From the NCBI GenBank assembly GCA_963803975.1, contig CAWDOY010000003.1, positions 64,001-128,000 on the forward strand: a DNA stretch of 64,000 bases, in the 5' to 3' direction. Shown one piece after another: positions 33,586 through 43,645 of the stretch. The position numbers and the translations under genes were made by a program. Source of the DNA: an uncultured delta proteobacterium (GTDB lineage Bacteria > Desulfobacterota > WTBG01 > CAIYCZ01). The stretch's first letter is position 1; the number at the start of each line of letters is the position of its first letter. Under the pieces are notes generated by a model. That model worked only from the letters and a program-made list of their open reading frames with translations, searched no databases and had not been told where the DNA came from.

Positions 33586-33697
33586 AATTGAAAGTGCATG
33601 TCAGGATGCAAAATGCGAAATCTCACTATTTGAAATCCTCATTCTGCAATCTGCCATCGGCCGTGAGCTCTGGGCCGAACGGCAATCCGCATTCGGA

Positions 33698-34987
33698 TCA
33701 GTGTTTAAATACCCGCTGTCCTGTGTACACCATGGCAACGGGCGGCTTTGCCTCGTTGCATGCCTCGATGGACTCGAAATCGCGGTCAGAGCCTCCCGGC
33801 TGCACAATGGCGGTGACGCCCTCCTTGATGCCGACATCAACACCATCACGGAAAGGGAAGAACGCGTCAGAAACCATGATGGAATCAATGAGGCCGCCAT
33901 GGGCCTGTTTTGTTTCCTGGTCAATCTCATCTTTGAATGCCGAAGAGCGCTTGCCTGCTGCAATCTCAAGCTCAAGTGTCTTGTAGGGGATGCCATGTTT
34001 TTTAAAGCAGAGCGCGTCTGCGTACTTGGTGTAGGCCTTGAAGATGGCTATTTCAGCAACACCTACCCGGTCCTGCTCGCCGGTACCGATACCAACGGTG
34101 CACTCATCTTTAATATATAATACAGAATTGGACGTTACGCCAAGCTCCACATTCCAGCCGAACAGCAGGTCTTCATATTCTTTCTCTGTTGGCATGCGGT
34201 CTATTTTATACTGTTTGCCCTTGAATTCCGCTGTGGCCGGCTTCAGGTCATCCTTTGAATTGACCGCGTTAAGCTGTGACTGCTGGACAATAAGACCGCC
34301 GTCAATAAGGGACTTGAATTCAACAAAGCGGGTGTTGCGGTACTGCTCAAGCTTATCCATATTGTTTATCCTGATAATCCTGAGATTCTTTCGCTTTTTC
34401 AGGATGTCCACTGCGCCTTCCTCAAATTCAGGGGCAACAACCACTTCCAGGTAATTTTCGCTCACTGCTTCAGCCGTTGCCCTGTCAAGGGCGCGGTTAA
34501 AGGCAGCGCATCCGCCAAACGCGGCAATGCGGTCAGCCATGTTGGCGCGCTGGAAAGCATCGACCAGGGTGCTGCCATAGGCGGCGCCGCAGGGGTTATT
34601 GTGCTTGACGATGATGGCACACGGCTTTCTGGTTAAATATTTCATGATGTTCATCGCGTTATCAGCATCGGTGAAATTTGTTTTGCCGGGGTGCTTGCCG
34701 GCCTGAATCATGTCTTCCTCGGTGATTGCGCTGACCAGGCCTTTGCCGGAAGCAATAAACTGACATTTGCCCAGAGAGAGATTGCCGTTTACCAGTTCAT
34801 ACAGGGCAGCTTCCTGGCCCGGATTTTCGCCATAGCGGAGGCCCTTTTCAATAACCTCGCCGCTGTCTTCCGCAATCTTCCAGGTTCTCTTTTTATATAC
34901 CAGGGTCTGGTTTCCGAAGGTGATGGTCATGGTATCGGGGAAATGGTCGTCCATTACTGTTTTGTACATCTTCTTTAATTCAGTCAT
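33698..34987 (-). CDS. PurH-like AICAR transformylase-domain protein lacking the N-terminal IMP cyclohydrolase domain
   Basis: LRYGENP.Q, KHNNPCG, SN, G.G...RV, SDAFFPF.D, QPGGS.RD, R.FKH; no N-terminal 'SVSDK/RVKTLHP' domain. Confidence 0.85.
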   Translation of the reverse strand: MTELKKMYKTVMDDHFPDTMTITFGNQTLVYKKRTWKIAEDSGEVIEKGLRYGENPGQEAALYELVNGNLSLGKCQFIASGKGLVSAITEEDMIQAGKHPGKTNFTDADNAMNIMKYLTRKPCAIIVKHNNPCGAAYGSTLVDAFQRANMADRIAAFGGCAAFNRALDRATAEAVSENYLEVVVAPEFEEGAVDILKKRKNLRIIRINNMDKLEQYRNTRFVEFKSLIDGGLIVQQSQLNAVNSKDDLKPATAEFKGKQYKIDRMPTEKEYEDLLFGWNVELGVTSNSVLYIKDECTVGIGTGEQDRVGVAEIAIFKAYTKYADALCFKKHGIPYKTLELEIAAGKRSSAFKDEIDQETKQAHGGLIDSIMVSDAFFPFRDGVDVGIKEGVTAIVQPGGSDRDFESIEACNEAKPPVAMVYTGQRVFKH

Positions 34988-35073
34988 ACGATGACTCCTT
35001 CCAGTTATTTATTTTAATTTCTGTTTGTTATATGTCTTTGTGTCTTTGTGCCTATTGCCTGTTGACTTTTTAT

Positions 35074-36592
35074 CTATCTTTTCTTGCTCTTCTTCCGGTC
35101 CTTTTTTGCCTGCTTGCGCTTGGCTTTCTGCTTCTTGCGGTCTGAGGAGGAAACGCTGCGGGTTCCCCCTCCGGTGCCCTGGTTGAGTGCAGGAAGTCCT
35201 GCTCCCATCAGTTCCGAGGGATTAAAGGCCGCGCCGATGCCCGGAATCTTGTTAAGGCCGGGGATGCGGCTCAACAGGCCGCCGCCGCCGATTTTTTTCA
35301 TCACATCGCGCATCATGTTAAAGCGCTTCATCAGGTCATGAACATCCCGGCGGGTACGGCCGCTTCCTTTTGAGATACGGGTTACGCGGCTTTCATTCAG
35401 AACTGTTGGCTGCTGCCGCTCCTTGATGGTCATGGAGTTTATGATCGATTCAACTTTTACCAGCTCACGATCATCAACTGATGCCCCCTTGGTTAATTGT
35501 GAAAAGCCGGGTATCTTTTCCACCAGGTCTGAAAGAGACCCCATTTTTTTTATTGACTGAAGCTGTTCCAGAAAATCGTTCAGGGTGAAGGCGCCTTTTA
35601 GCATGCGCATGGCATCTTCTTCAGCCTTCTTCTCGTCAACCACGCGCTCAAAGTCCTGCATCAGGCCGACAACATCACCAAATCCAAGAATGCGTGATGC
35701 AAGGCCTTCAGGACGGAACTCCTCGAGCTTGTCCAGGGACTCGCCCATGCCGAGAAATTTTACCGGTTTGCCGGTAAGTTCTTTAATAGAGAGGGCAGCG
35801 CCGCCCCTGGCATCACCGTCAAGCTTGGTAAGAATAAAGCCCGACAGGTCAAGGCGGCGGTTAAACTCCTGCGCGGTCTTCACCGAATCCTGACCGATCA
35901 TGGCATCGCACACCAGGAAGATGTTTTCCGGCCTGGTGCTTTTGACGATATCTTCAAGCTCCATCATCAAAGAGTCATCAATAGCCAGGCGTCCTGCGGT
36001 GTCAAAGATTGCGGTATCACAGCCATTTTCACGGGCGTATGCAATAGCCTGACGGCACAGCTCGGGCGGAGGCGTACCGTCCTTGAAAAATACCGGCAGG
36101 TTAAGAGAGCTGCCGATTACCCTGAGCTGCTCAACTGCTGCAGGCCGATACGGATCTGCGGCAACCAGCAGAGGCTTTTTCTCCTGTGCTTCAAGGAAGC
36201 GGGCGAGCTTGCCGGCAGTGGTGGTCTTGCCGGAGCCCTGCAGGCCGACCAGCATAATCGATGAAACCGGCTGGGAGCCCCGCTTTATGCTGGTGTCAAC
36301 CGGGCCCATCAGGGACACCAGCTCTTCGTAGCAGATATTTATAAAATGGTCTTCCGGGGTTGCTTTAAGCTTCTGACCCTTGTAGGACACTTTGGTTTCA
36401 ACAACTTCACCGAGCGCTTTCTCCTTAACGTGCGCGATGAAATTTTTAACCACAGTTATAATTGACATCTGCCTCGAGCAGGGAAACCCTGATATCCCGC
36501 AGGGCATCTTCCAGATTTGCTTCGGTAAGCTCAATCCGCCCCTGCAGGCGGTCGCGAGCCTGATTGAAGCCTTTAGATAGGATTTCAAGCAT
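35074..36592 (-). CDS. ffh: Signal recognition particle protein Ffh (frameshift near 36455)
   Basis: MLEILSKGF...LLEADV start; GLQGSGKTT, DTAGRL, TKLDGDARGGAALS, M-domain 'SMT..ER'. Confidence 0.95.
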
Positions 36593-36722
36593 TAGCTATA
36601 ACTCCGGTATGATAAATACTTAATTCAGCTATTTCAAGCAATCAGAATTAAATGAATAATCTGACATTACATCTGACATTTGAGCTTTGAAATTTATTTC
36701 AATAGATCAGGTGCTCAGAAAT

Positions 36723-38677
36723 TTACTTTTCAGCTATTTCTTCCTCCACTGCCCGCACCAGGCTCTCCACATCAAGCCCGCTTGCTTTAAACAGCTCGCT
36801 GGTTGGGCCGGAATAGCAGTAGTTGGAGATGCCGAGCTTGCGCAAACGACACGGAATGCGGTTCTCCATAAGCCCGTTAGCAACAATGCTGCCGAGCCCG
36901 GTTTTTACGTTATGGTCCTCGTAGGTAATAATAATTCCCTTTCCAGCTGCGTCTCTCAGCACAGATACGGGAATATCCCGCGGGCAGCAGACATTGAGCA
37001 CCTGCACGCTGATGCCCTTCTGCTGCAGCAGCTCCCACGCTCTGACGGCGCGATGCAGCATAACGCCGCAGGTTATGATAACCGCTGCGGTTCCTTGCCG
37101 CACTACATCAACGCTGCCATATTCAAAGTGATAGGCGCGGTCAAAAAACGGTGAGCCATCCTCCCTCACGATTACCGGTATTTTAGAGCGGCCCATGCCG
37201 AGCAGGAAGTTGCCGCAGGTTTTTGTCATATAGCGCGTCGCATGGTCAGTCTGATTGGGATCAGCAGGAAGCAGTATTTTGAAGCCAAACAGATTCAGGA
37301 ACAGTCCAATGTAGTCAATGCACTGGTGGGTCTTGCCGTCTTCACCTACATCAAGCCCGAGATGAGTGCAGACCAGCTTTAAGTTTGCATGGTTAATGTC
37401 ATTCAGGCGGTGCTGGTTATAGGTCTCACAGGTGCCAAAAACACCAAAGTCGGCAAAGAAGGTAATCACCCCTTCTATGGACAGTGCTCCGGCTATGGTT
37501 GCGGTGTTGTGTTCCTGGATGCCGCTCTGAAAAAAATTGCGGGGGCAGATGTCACTGAAAGCCTTCGGTCTTTACCGATCCGGCCAGGTCACAGTCAAAG
37601 ACCGCAAAGGGCGGGCTTTCAATCCGTTCGCAGTTAAGGCGGGTCAGGTCTTTAAGGGCGATGCCGAATGCGCTCCTGTTGTCGAGCTTGTCATCTTTTC
37701 CATACAGAGCAGGCTCTCCCGTCACTATAGTACTCATGGTTTGTGCAGAGGGGGTAGCTGACCGGCACGGTGCTCTGATCTGTGCGGCGTTTTTCATAGA
37801 AGCTCAGGTCATTGTCCAAAGACAGCTCCTGCAGAGCTTGAGCGAGTTGATCTCTGGTGAGAGCAACACCGTGATAGAGCTCCTTGTTCTCCATAAAGGA
37901 AATGCCTTTACCCATGATGGTCCGGGCTATGATGGCAACAGGAGCGGACTGATTGTGCACTGCAGCATGCAGGGCCTGATATATTTCATTGAAGTCGTGC
38001 CCGTCAATTTCAAGAACCTGCCAGCCGTCTGAAAGGAAGTTCTCTTTTATATTCTGCGGCATGACGTCATGGATGTGCCCGCTGATCTGCAGGTTGTTGT
38101 TGTCAATAATGACCGTGAGGTTATGCAGCTGATACTTTGCGGCAAAGCGCCGGGCCTCGGAAATTTGCCCCTTCTGCTGCTCGCCGTCACCCATGAAGAC
38201 AAAGGTGTGATACTTTTTATTATTAAGCAGAGCGGCAAGCGCAAACCCGCAGCCAACTGAAAGGCCCTGTCCCAGATTGCCGGTGCCCCATTCAATGCCG
38301 GGCACGGAACGCTCTACATGGCCTTCAAAAATGCTGCCGGTTTGACGAAAGCCGCTGATGGCATCCTGGATGTCAAAAAAACCGGTCCTGCCGAGGGCTG
38401 CATACACACCGGGTGAAGTATGCCCGTTGCTGATGACGATGCGGTCGCGGTCGGGGTGACCGGGATCGTCCGGGAACACGCTGGCTTCGGCATAGAGGGT
38501 GATATACATATCAATAGAAGACAGGGAGCCGCCGGGATGACCGCATCCGGCCAGGGTGGTCATTTTGAGAATGTCGCCCCGCGAGAGACGGGCGCGCTCC
38601 TGTAATTTCTGTAAGTCCTGTTGCTCAAGAGAGTCAGCTTTGAATCCTCTCTCATGCAGTTTGGCAGTGTGCAGCAT
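36723..38677 (-). CDS. tkt: Transketolase (single gene split by several indels)
   Basis: GHPGGSLS, DR...SNGH, GNLGQG, GDGE...N TPP motif, 'GIQEHN', GEDGKTHQ, EDH; spans ORFs 37691..38719, 37552..37797 and 36723..37469. Confidence 0.88.
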
Positions 38678-38826
38678 AGTAATAGCCGTATAGTTGCAGG
38701 GTGTACAAGCGGGAAACAAGAACGTATGCCGGCAGAGCTGTTAGCGTCACAGTAAACAGTTATCTAAAATAACCGTGCGGAAAATTATCAGCTCGCGGCA
38801 ACAGAGCGTCTCAGAACAGCAGGCGG

Positions 38827-39354
38827 TCAGCCGTCTACATTGGTTTTTTCCTGCATTGCAAACCACCCGCCCGGATCTTCACAATAGAGGAGGGAATCCT
38901 TAAGGGAGTTAAGGTGCTCTTTTTCCATTTCTGCGAGAATAGTAAAAAACTTTTTTTCCTCGGGATTGTCAACAGCATCCCGTAAACCCGCATAGAACAT
39001 ATAGCCTTTTTCCTCAAAGTCTATTGCTATCTTGATTGCTTCCTGGTCATCAATATCGGCAGGAGCGTCTTTTTCCGCCTTCTGCAGAAAATCTTTGAGT
39101 ACATTTTTCAGGTTAGAGCCTTTCACGGTGAGCGGTACGGATTCAGGCCAGGTACCCTGCTGTGACAATTTTTTGTGAAGCTCCTGGAGCCGCTGATAAT
39201 GCTCATTTTCATCCTGGGCCAGGGTGGCAAACATCAGCCTGCCCATGCCATTGGTAGTCCGCGCGCTGTGCATGAGGTAAAAATCGCGCTCCCGTGATTC
39301 ATTGTTCAGGGCAATCTCGATTGACTTCACTTTTTCATTAACTTGTATAGTCAT
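38827..39354 (-). CDS. Ferritin-like / rubrerythrin-family di-iron protein
   Basis: Duplicated 'A...E....FY' and 'E..H' motifs. Confidence 0.85.
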   Translation of the reverse strand: MTIQVNEKVKSIEIALNNESRERDFYLMHSARTTNGMGRLMFATLAQDENEHYQRLQELHKKLSQQGTWPESVPLTVKGSNLKNVLKDFLQKAEKDAPADIDDQEAIKIAIDFEEKGYMFYAGLRDAVDNPEEKKFFTILAEMEKEHLNSLKDSLLYCEDPGGWFAMQEKTNVDG

Positions 39355-39461
39355 GGTTTACTCCTCATTAGTGGTTATGTAAGCGATGAAGCATTATAAA
39401 AAGGCCCATAGCGGTTGTCAATAAGATATAATCGCTGCATGCAAGCAGGGGCGGGCATTAT

Positions 39462-39498
39462 AAAAAAGGCTCCCTGAATCCAGCGGATCAGGGAGCCT
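39462..39498 (-). terminator. Rho-independent terminator of the NuoE/NuoF operon
   Basis: aggctccctga...tcagggagcct stem followed by a U6 tract on the minus strand. Confidence 0.8.
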
Positions 39499-39516
39499 GA
39501 TAATGCTCAAGCAGCG

Positions 39517-41217
39517 CTAAGCGCCCTTTTTCATATAGGCCATGTAGTCATCCCTGAAGTGCTTCAGGGTTGAGATGATCGGCATTGGCGCGGTTTTACC
39601 CAGCGCACAGGCCGAGGCTTCGATGATGGGTGCGGCCATCTTTTCAAGATAGCTGAGATGCTGCTCGTTTCCCATTCCGGCAATGATTTCATCAAGCATG
39701 TCACACATGCGGCATACGCCTTCACGGCATGGTGTGCACTTGCCGCAGGATTCCTGGGTGAAGAACTGGGTGAAGTAGCGGGCAATTTTTACCATGTCAG
39801 TGTCTTCGCTCATGACTATCATACCGCCCGAGCCTAACATGGAGCCGGCTGCTTTTAAATCATCATAATCAACCGTGAGGTTCAGCATGCCGGCAGGCAG
39901 CAAGCCGCCGGAGGGACCGCCGGTCTGAATCGCCTTCAGGGTCTTTCCCTGTGCCACGCCGCCGCCGATGCCCATGATAACATCTTTAAGTGAAGTGCCC
40001 ATGTCAACTTCAATCATTCCCGGCAGGGCGACATCTCCTGCAAGAGATATAACCTTGGTGCCTTTACTTTTTTTGCTGCCGATGGAAGCATACCAGTCGC
40101 TGCCCTTCATAATTATAACCGGCACATTGGCCCAGGTTTCAATGTTATTGATGCAGGTAGGCTTGCCAAACAGTCCGGCTTCCGTGGGGAACGGAGGGCG
40201 CTGCCGCGGCTCGCCGATCTTTCCTTCAATACAGGCGATGAGTGAGGTTTCCTCGCCGCACACGAAGCGTCCGCCGCCTTCCTTTATTTTAATAGTAACG
40301 TTCAGTCCGCTGCCCAGAATGTTTTCTCCGAGGAGGCCTGCTTCAGCTGCGTCCGCGCATGCTTTGCGCAGGCGGTTGAGGGCCAGGCGGTAATTATCCC
40401 TGATATAGACGTATGCTTCCTGAGCACCAATCGTGTATGCGCCGATGATGAGGCCTTCGATTACCGAATGGGGGTCTGATTCAAGGAAGCTCCGGTGCAT
40501 GCCGATCCCCGGCTCACCTTCGCTCACGTTGCAGATCAGGTATTTTTTGTCACCTTTGGCTGCCATGCAGCTCTTCCACTTGATGCCTACCGGAAATCCG
40601 CCGCCGCCCCGGCCGCGCAGGCCCGACTTAGTGATCTCCTCAGCGATATCTGCCGGCTTCATCCTGAGCGCCTTTGCCAGAGCCTCGTATCCGCCGCGGG
40701 CAATGTATTCAGTAATATTCTCCGGGTCAATGGTGCCGGCATTGCGCAAGATTACTTTATGCTGACCGCGGTAAAACGCATAGTCTTTGAGCGGGGCAAT
40801 ACCGCCTGCTGAAGCTGCATCGCCATAGGTAATGGTGCCCTCTAAAACATGGTCTTCAGCATCAATGCTGACGAGCGCGCGGTCCTTGAAGATCTCGCCT
40901 TTGGCAACAGCCTTTAAAAGTGCAGGCACATCAGCCTCGGTTATCGGGCCATAAACGATTTTAGCCTTTCCCGGTGCCTGTACCTCAACAATGGGCTCTT
41001 TGTGGCAGAGACCGTTGCAGCCGACCGCAACAACCCGGGCATTAATCTTCTGCGCAGCGCTTGCCGCTTTCAATGCCTGCACTGTTTTATCAGCGCCCTT
41101 GGCCATACCGCAGCTTGCCGTGCCAACGGTGATCCTGATCGCGCCCGGTGCAGGAAGCTCCTGAGCTTTCTTTTTTGTCTCAGCTAATGCTTTTGAATCC
41201 TTAATTTTCATTTCCAA
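39517..41217 (-). CDS. NuoF/HydB-like FMN/NAD(P)H-binding diaphorase subunit
   Basis: N-terminal thioredoxin-like [2Fe-2S] domain (C..G...GC.GLC..EP), SGLRGRGGGGFP, FVCGEETSL, ESCGKCTPCREG, 'C.LG.TAP'; no C-terminal ferredoxin domain. Confidence 0.92.
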   Translation of the reverse strand: MEMKIKDSKALAETKKKAQELPAPGAIRITVGTASCGMAKGADKTVQALKAASAAQKINARVVAVGCNGLCHKEPIVEVQAPGKAKIVYGPITEADVPALLKAVAKGEIFKDRALVSIDAEDHVLEGTITYGDAASAGGIAPLKDYAFYRGQHKVILRNAGTIDPENITEYIARGGYEALAKALRMKPADIAEEITKSGLRGRGGGGFPVGIKWKSCMAAKGDKKYLICNVSEGEPGIGMHRSFLESDPHSVIEGLIIGAYTIGAQEAYVYIRDNYRLALNRLRKACADAAEAGLLGENILGSGLNVTIKIKEGGGRFVCGEETSLIACIEGKIGEPRQRPPFPTEAGLFGKPTCINNIETWANVPVIIMKGSDWYASIGSKKSKGTKVISLAGDVALPGMIEVDMGTSLKDVIMGIGGGVAQGKTLKAIQTGGPSGGLLPAGMLNLTVDYDDLKAAGSMLGSGGMIVMSEDTDMVKIARYFTQFFTQESCGKCTPCREGVCRMCDMLDEIIAGMGNEQHLSYLEKMAAPIIEASACALGKTAPMPIISTLKHFRDDYMAYMKKGA

Positions 41218-41243
41218 TCCCCACGTATCATCAGCAGTTATGG

Positions 41244-42179
41244 TTATGCCAGTAATTTCTCAACTTTAGTTTTAGCTTCCGGGCCCTGTGCCACTTCGCC
41301 GTCAATTACCACTGCAGGCGCGCAGTCACAGCAGCCAAGGCAGAGGGTTTTTTCCATGGTCATTTTTTTAGCGGAGGCCTGTGCCACCATGTTTTCTATA
41401 TTGCTCAATACGCCGTCCCGGTCTTTGAGATGGCAGGCGGTGCCATTGCAGATCTTAATGTGATGGACGCCTTTGGGCTCCATCCTGAATGATTTATAAA
41501 AGGTTGCCACATTATAAATAGCGCTCAGAGCAATGCCGGTTTTATTGCTTATGGCCCGGAGAGCTTCGGGAGGCAGAAAGCCGACGGTTTCCTGGGTATC
41601 ATGAAGAATGTAGGTGAGACTGTCCTGGCCTTTTCCGTGGCGGGCAACTATAGAGTCAATGCAGCTCAGATCAACATCCCCGAGCTCGGTATATTTTTTG
41701 AGAATCGTAGTCTTAAACGGATCAGGAACTATTTCCCGGACCACTTCGGTAACATGGGATTCGGTAACGCTGCCGCCCTTTGATTTTTGCCGCAGAATCT
41801 CAAGGAGTTTACCCCGGAATACGCCGCGAAGAGCTTCGGGAACTTCATTGAGCATTATCTCAAACATGATCTCGCTTTTACCCTGCCAGTGCGGTGTAAA
41901 AGGCGGGGGGGGCGGTGCAGAGGCTTCAGCAGCGGCCGGCGCCTTCTCTTCGGGCTTTTTCATTCCAAGCGCCTGCATGATTCCGGTGCGCTGGGGCTCG
42001 GGCAAATCATTCTGCACCATGGCCGCAACTATATCCGCGGTAACCGGCTTGCCGCTGGCACGCTTTTCGAGAAATCCAAAGAGCATGGGCTTGACCGCGT
42101 CGCGCATGGCTTCAGGCACTATTGCCATGATTTTACCAAACATTTCCTGACCATCTGAAGACCATTTTAAATCTGCCAT
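41244..42179 (-). CDS. NuoE/HydC-like [2Fe-2S] subunit with two tandem N-terminal helical repeats
   Basis: C-terminal 'VATFY..F','CNGTACH','CLGCC..AP'; N-terminal repeats W..G..MF..M..VPEA.R...VT...V.....P.P. Confidence 0.85.
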   Translation of the reverse strand: MADLKWSSDGQEMFGKIMAIVPEAMRDAVKPMLFGFLEKRASGKPVTADIVAAMVQNDLPEPQRTGIMQALGMKKPEEKAPAAAEASAPPPPPFTPHWQGKSEIMFEIMLNEVPEALRGVFRGKLLEILRQKSKGGSVTESHVTEVVREIVPDPFKTTILKKYTELGDVDLSCIDSIVARHGKGQDSLTYILHDTQETVGFLPPEALRAISNKTGIALSAIYNVATFYKSFRMEPKGVHHIKICNGTACHLKDRDGVLSNIENMVAQASAKKMTMEKTLCLGCCDCAPAVVIDGEVAQGPEAKTKVEKLLA

Positions 42180-42216
42180 TACATGACTCCGATTATAATT
42201 TGAAATTTGAGATTAT

Positions 42217-42942
42217 CTATTTTGCTATGGTTGCTTTCTCTTCAAGCTGAGAAAAGACTGCGCTTATTTCATCCTGCAGCGCAGCGATCTGCGGCGCCTT
42301 CCAGTGGGAAAAGCGCTTCTGCTGCTTGATATAGTCAGATACCGGCCGCGGATTAGGCTCATCAACGGTAACGTGATAAAAACCGCCGGCTATTTCATAA
42401 AGCGGGAAGAGCCGCGACTCTACCGCCATCCGGCCCAGGCGCACCGTGCTTTCAAACGGGTATTCCCAGCCAACAGGGCAGGGGCACAGGATATGGATGA
42501 AACACTGGCCCGCGGTTTCCCAGCCGCGCCGCACCTTCTCAATAAGGTCAAAAGGATGGCTCGGACAGGCGGTAGCCACATAGGAAAAACTATTGGCCAC
42601 GGCAATGGCAGGCTGTTTCTTGATGAGCGCGTCCTTGTCGATTTTTCCCTCAACGCATTCATTGTCAAAACAGATATAGAGGGTGCCGCCTGCTTGCGCA
42701 TCTTTGGCAATGCTCAGCAATGCAGGCTCTGTCGTTGATTTGCCGGATGGCGCAAGCACGGTGTGCTGCCAGGGTATCTGCCATTGTGCTTTTTCAAAAT
42801 CTTTAACTCTTTCTTCCAGAGCTTTGTACACATGCCGGACTGCCAGTGCCACGCCGCATCCCTGACAGGCGCGGTGCCCCTTGGGGGCAAACTGCTCACG
42901 AAATGATAATAATTGTCCCGCGTATAAGCTGAATTTATCCAT
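42217..42942 (-). CDS. Degenerate 2-oxoacid:ferredoxin oxidoreductase beta-like subunit
   Basis: GHRACQGCG, 'ICFDNE', YVATA.P, PCP.GW, FPLYE and Q.RF retained; TGC, GDG and YMNTG segments absent. Start overlaps the porD stop (TAATG). Confidence 0.75.
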   Translation of the reverse strand: MDKFSLYAGQLLSFREQFAPKGHRACQGCGVALAVRHVYKALEERVKDFEKAQWQIPWQHTVLAPSGKSTTEPALLSIAKDAQAGGTLYICFDNECVEGKIDKDALIKKQPAIAVANSFSYVATACPSHPFDLIEKVRRGWETAGQCFIHILCPCPVGWEYPFESTVRLGRMAVESRLFPLYEIAGGFYHVTVDEPNPRPVSDYIKQQKRFSHWKAPQIAALQDEISAVFSQLEEKATIAK

Positions 42943-43244
42943 TAGCTCTCCTTTACCATGCTGATAGCGCCGAACCAGCACTCCCGGTGGCAAATACCGC
43001 ATCCTTTGCACAGCTCATCGTCTGCAGCAAAATAGCCATCCTCCTGGCGGCTGATGGCCGCATCAGGGCAGTACAGATAGCACAGAGCGCATCTGACACA
43101 CAGATCCTTGTCCCATTCTGGTTTTAGTTCCGGTTTGGTGCCCGGCTCAAAAGGTTTTGCCTTTTTTGTTTCCAGCAGATAGCAGCCAACCTTCTCCTGT
43201 TTAAATGTCTTCTCAGTCAATGCAGGATCTCCTTTTATAAACAA
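42942..43244 (-). CDS. PorD-like 2[4Fe-4S] ferredoxin (delta subunit)
   Basis: CVRCALCYLYCPD and CKGCGICHRECW motifs. Confidence 0.88.
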   Translation of the reverse strand: MFIKGDPALTEKTFKQEKVGCYLLETKKAKPFEPGTKPELKPEWDKDLCVRCALCYLYCPDAAISRQEDGYFAADDELCKGCGICHRECWFGAISMVKES

Positions 43245-43400
43245 TCGAGTTTGTGATTTATTGACCGGCCTATGCCTTTCCAGCCTGGGCGGGATAGGGC
43301 AGGGGTGCTTTGCAATTGACTTGCGTATTGAAGGTGTAATCCCCTTATACGATGAAAAAACTTATCGTTAACTCTGTAAAATGTCAAGATGTTTTTAGAC

Positions 43401-43433
43401 CATTACAAAAAAGATTGATTCGCATTACAAAAA
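43401..43433. promoter_or_regulatory. Direct repeat CATTACAAAAA x2, 22-bp period
   Basis: Copies at 43401 and 43423 in the divergent porD / protease intergenic region; a third copy (cattacaaaa) at 43617. Confidence 0.35.
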
Positions 43434-43645
43434 GAGATAAACATGCATTCCCATGGTAACTTTTTAAATAAAAAGACTAATATTTGTCACAATAAGAATT
43501 GCGTGTTATACTTAATCTCAGATGCCGACAATTTATACAAGACTCCTTCAGGGCATCGCAATGTAAAAAAATCCCAGCGTAAAAACAAGTACCGTATCAC
43601 TTCTGCCAAGTCAATACATTACAAAACCGAGAAAAGGAGAGCAGC

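Noticed and set aside
43250..43370. Riboswitch upstream of porD
   Set aside because: Some GC-rich pairing potential, but no conserved aptamer motif I can identify; an Rfam/Infernal scan would be needed.
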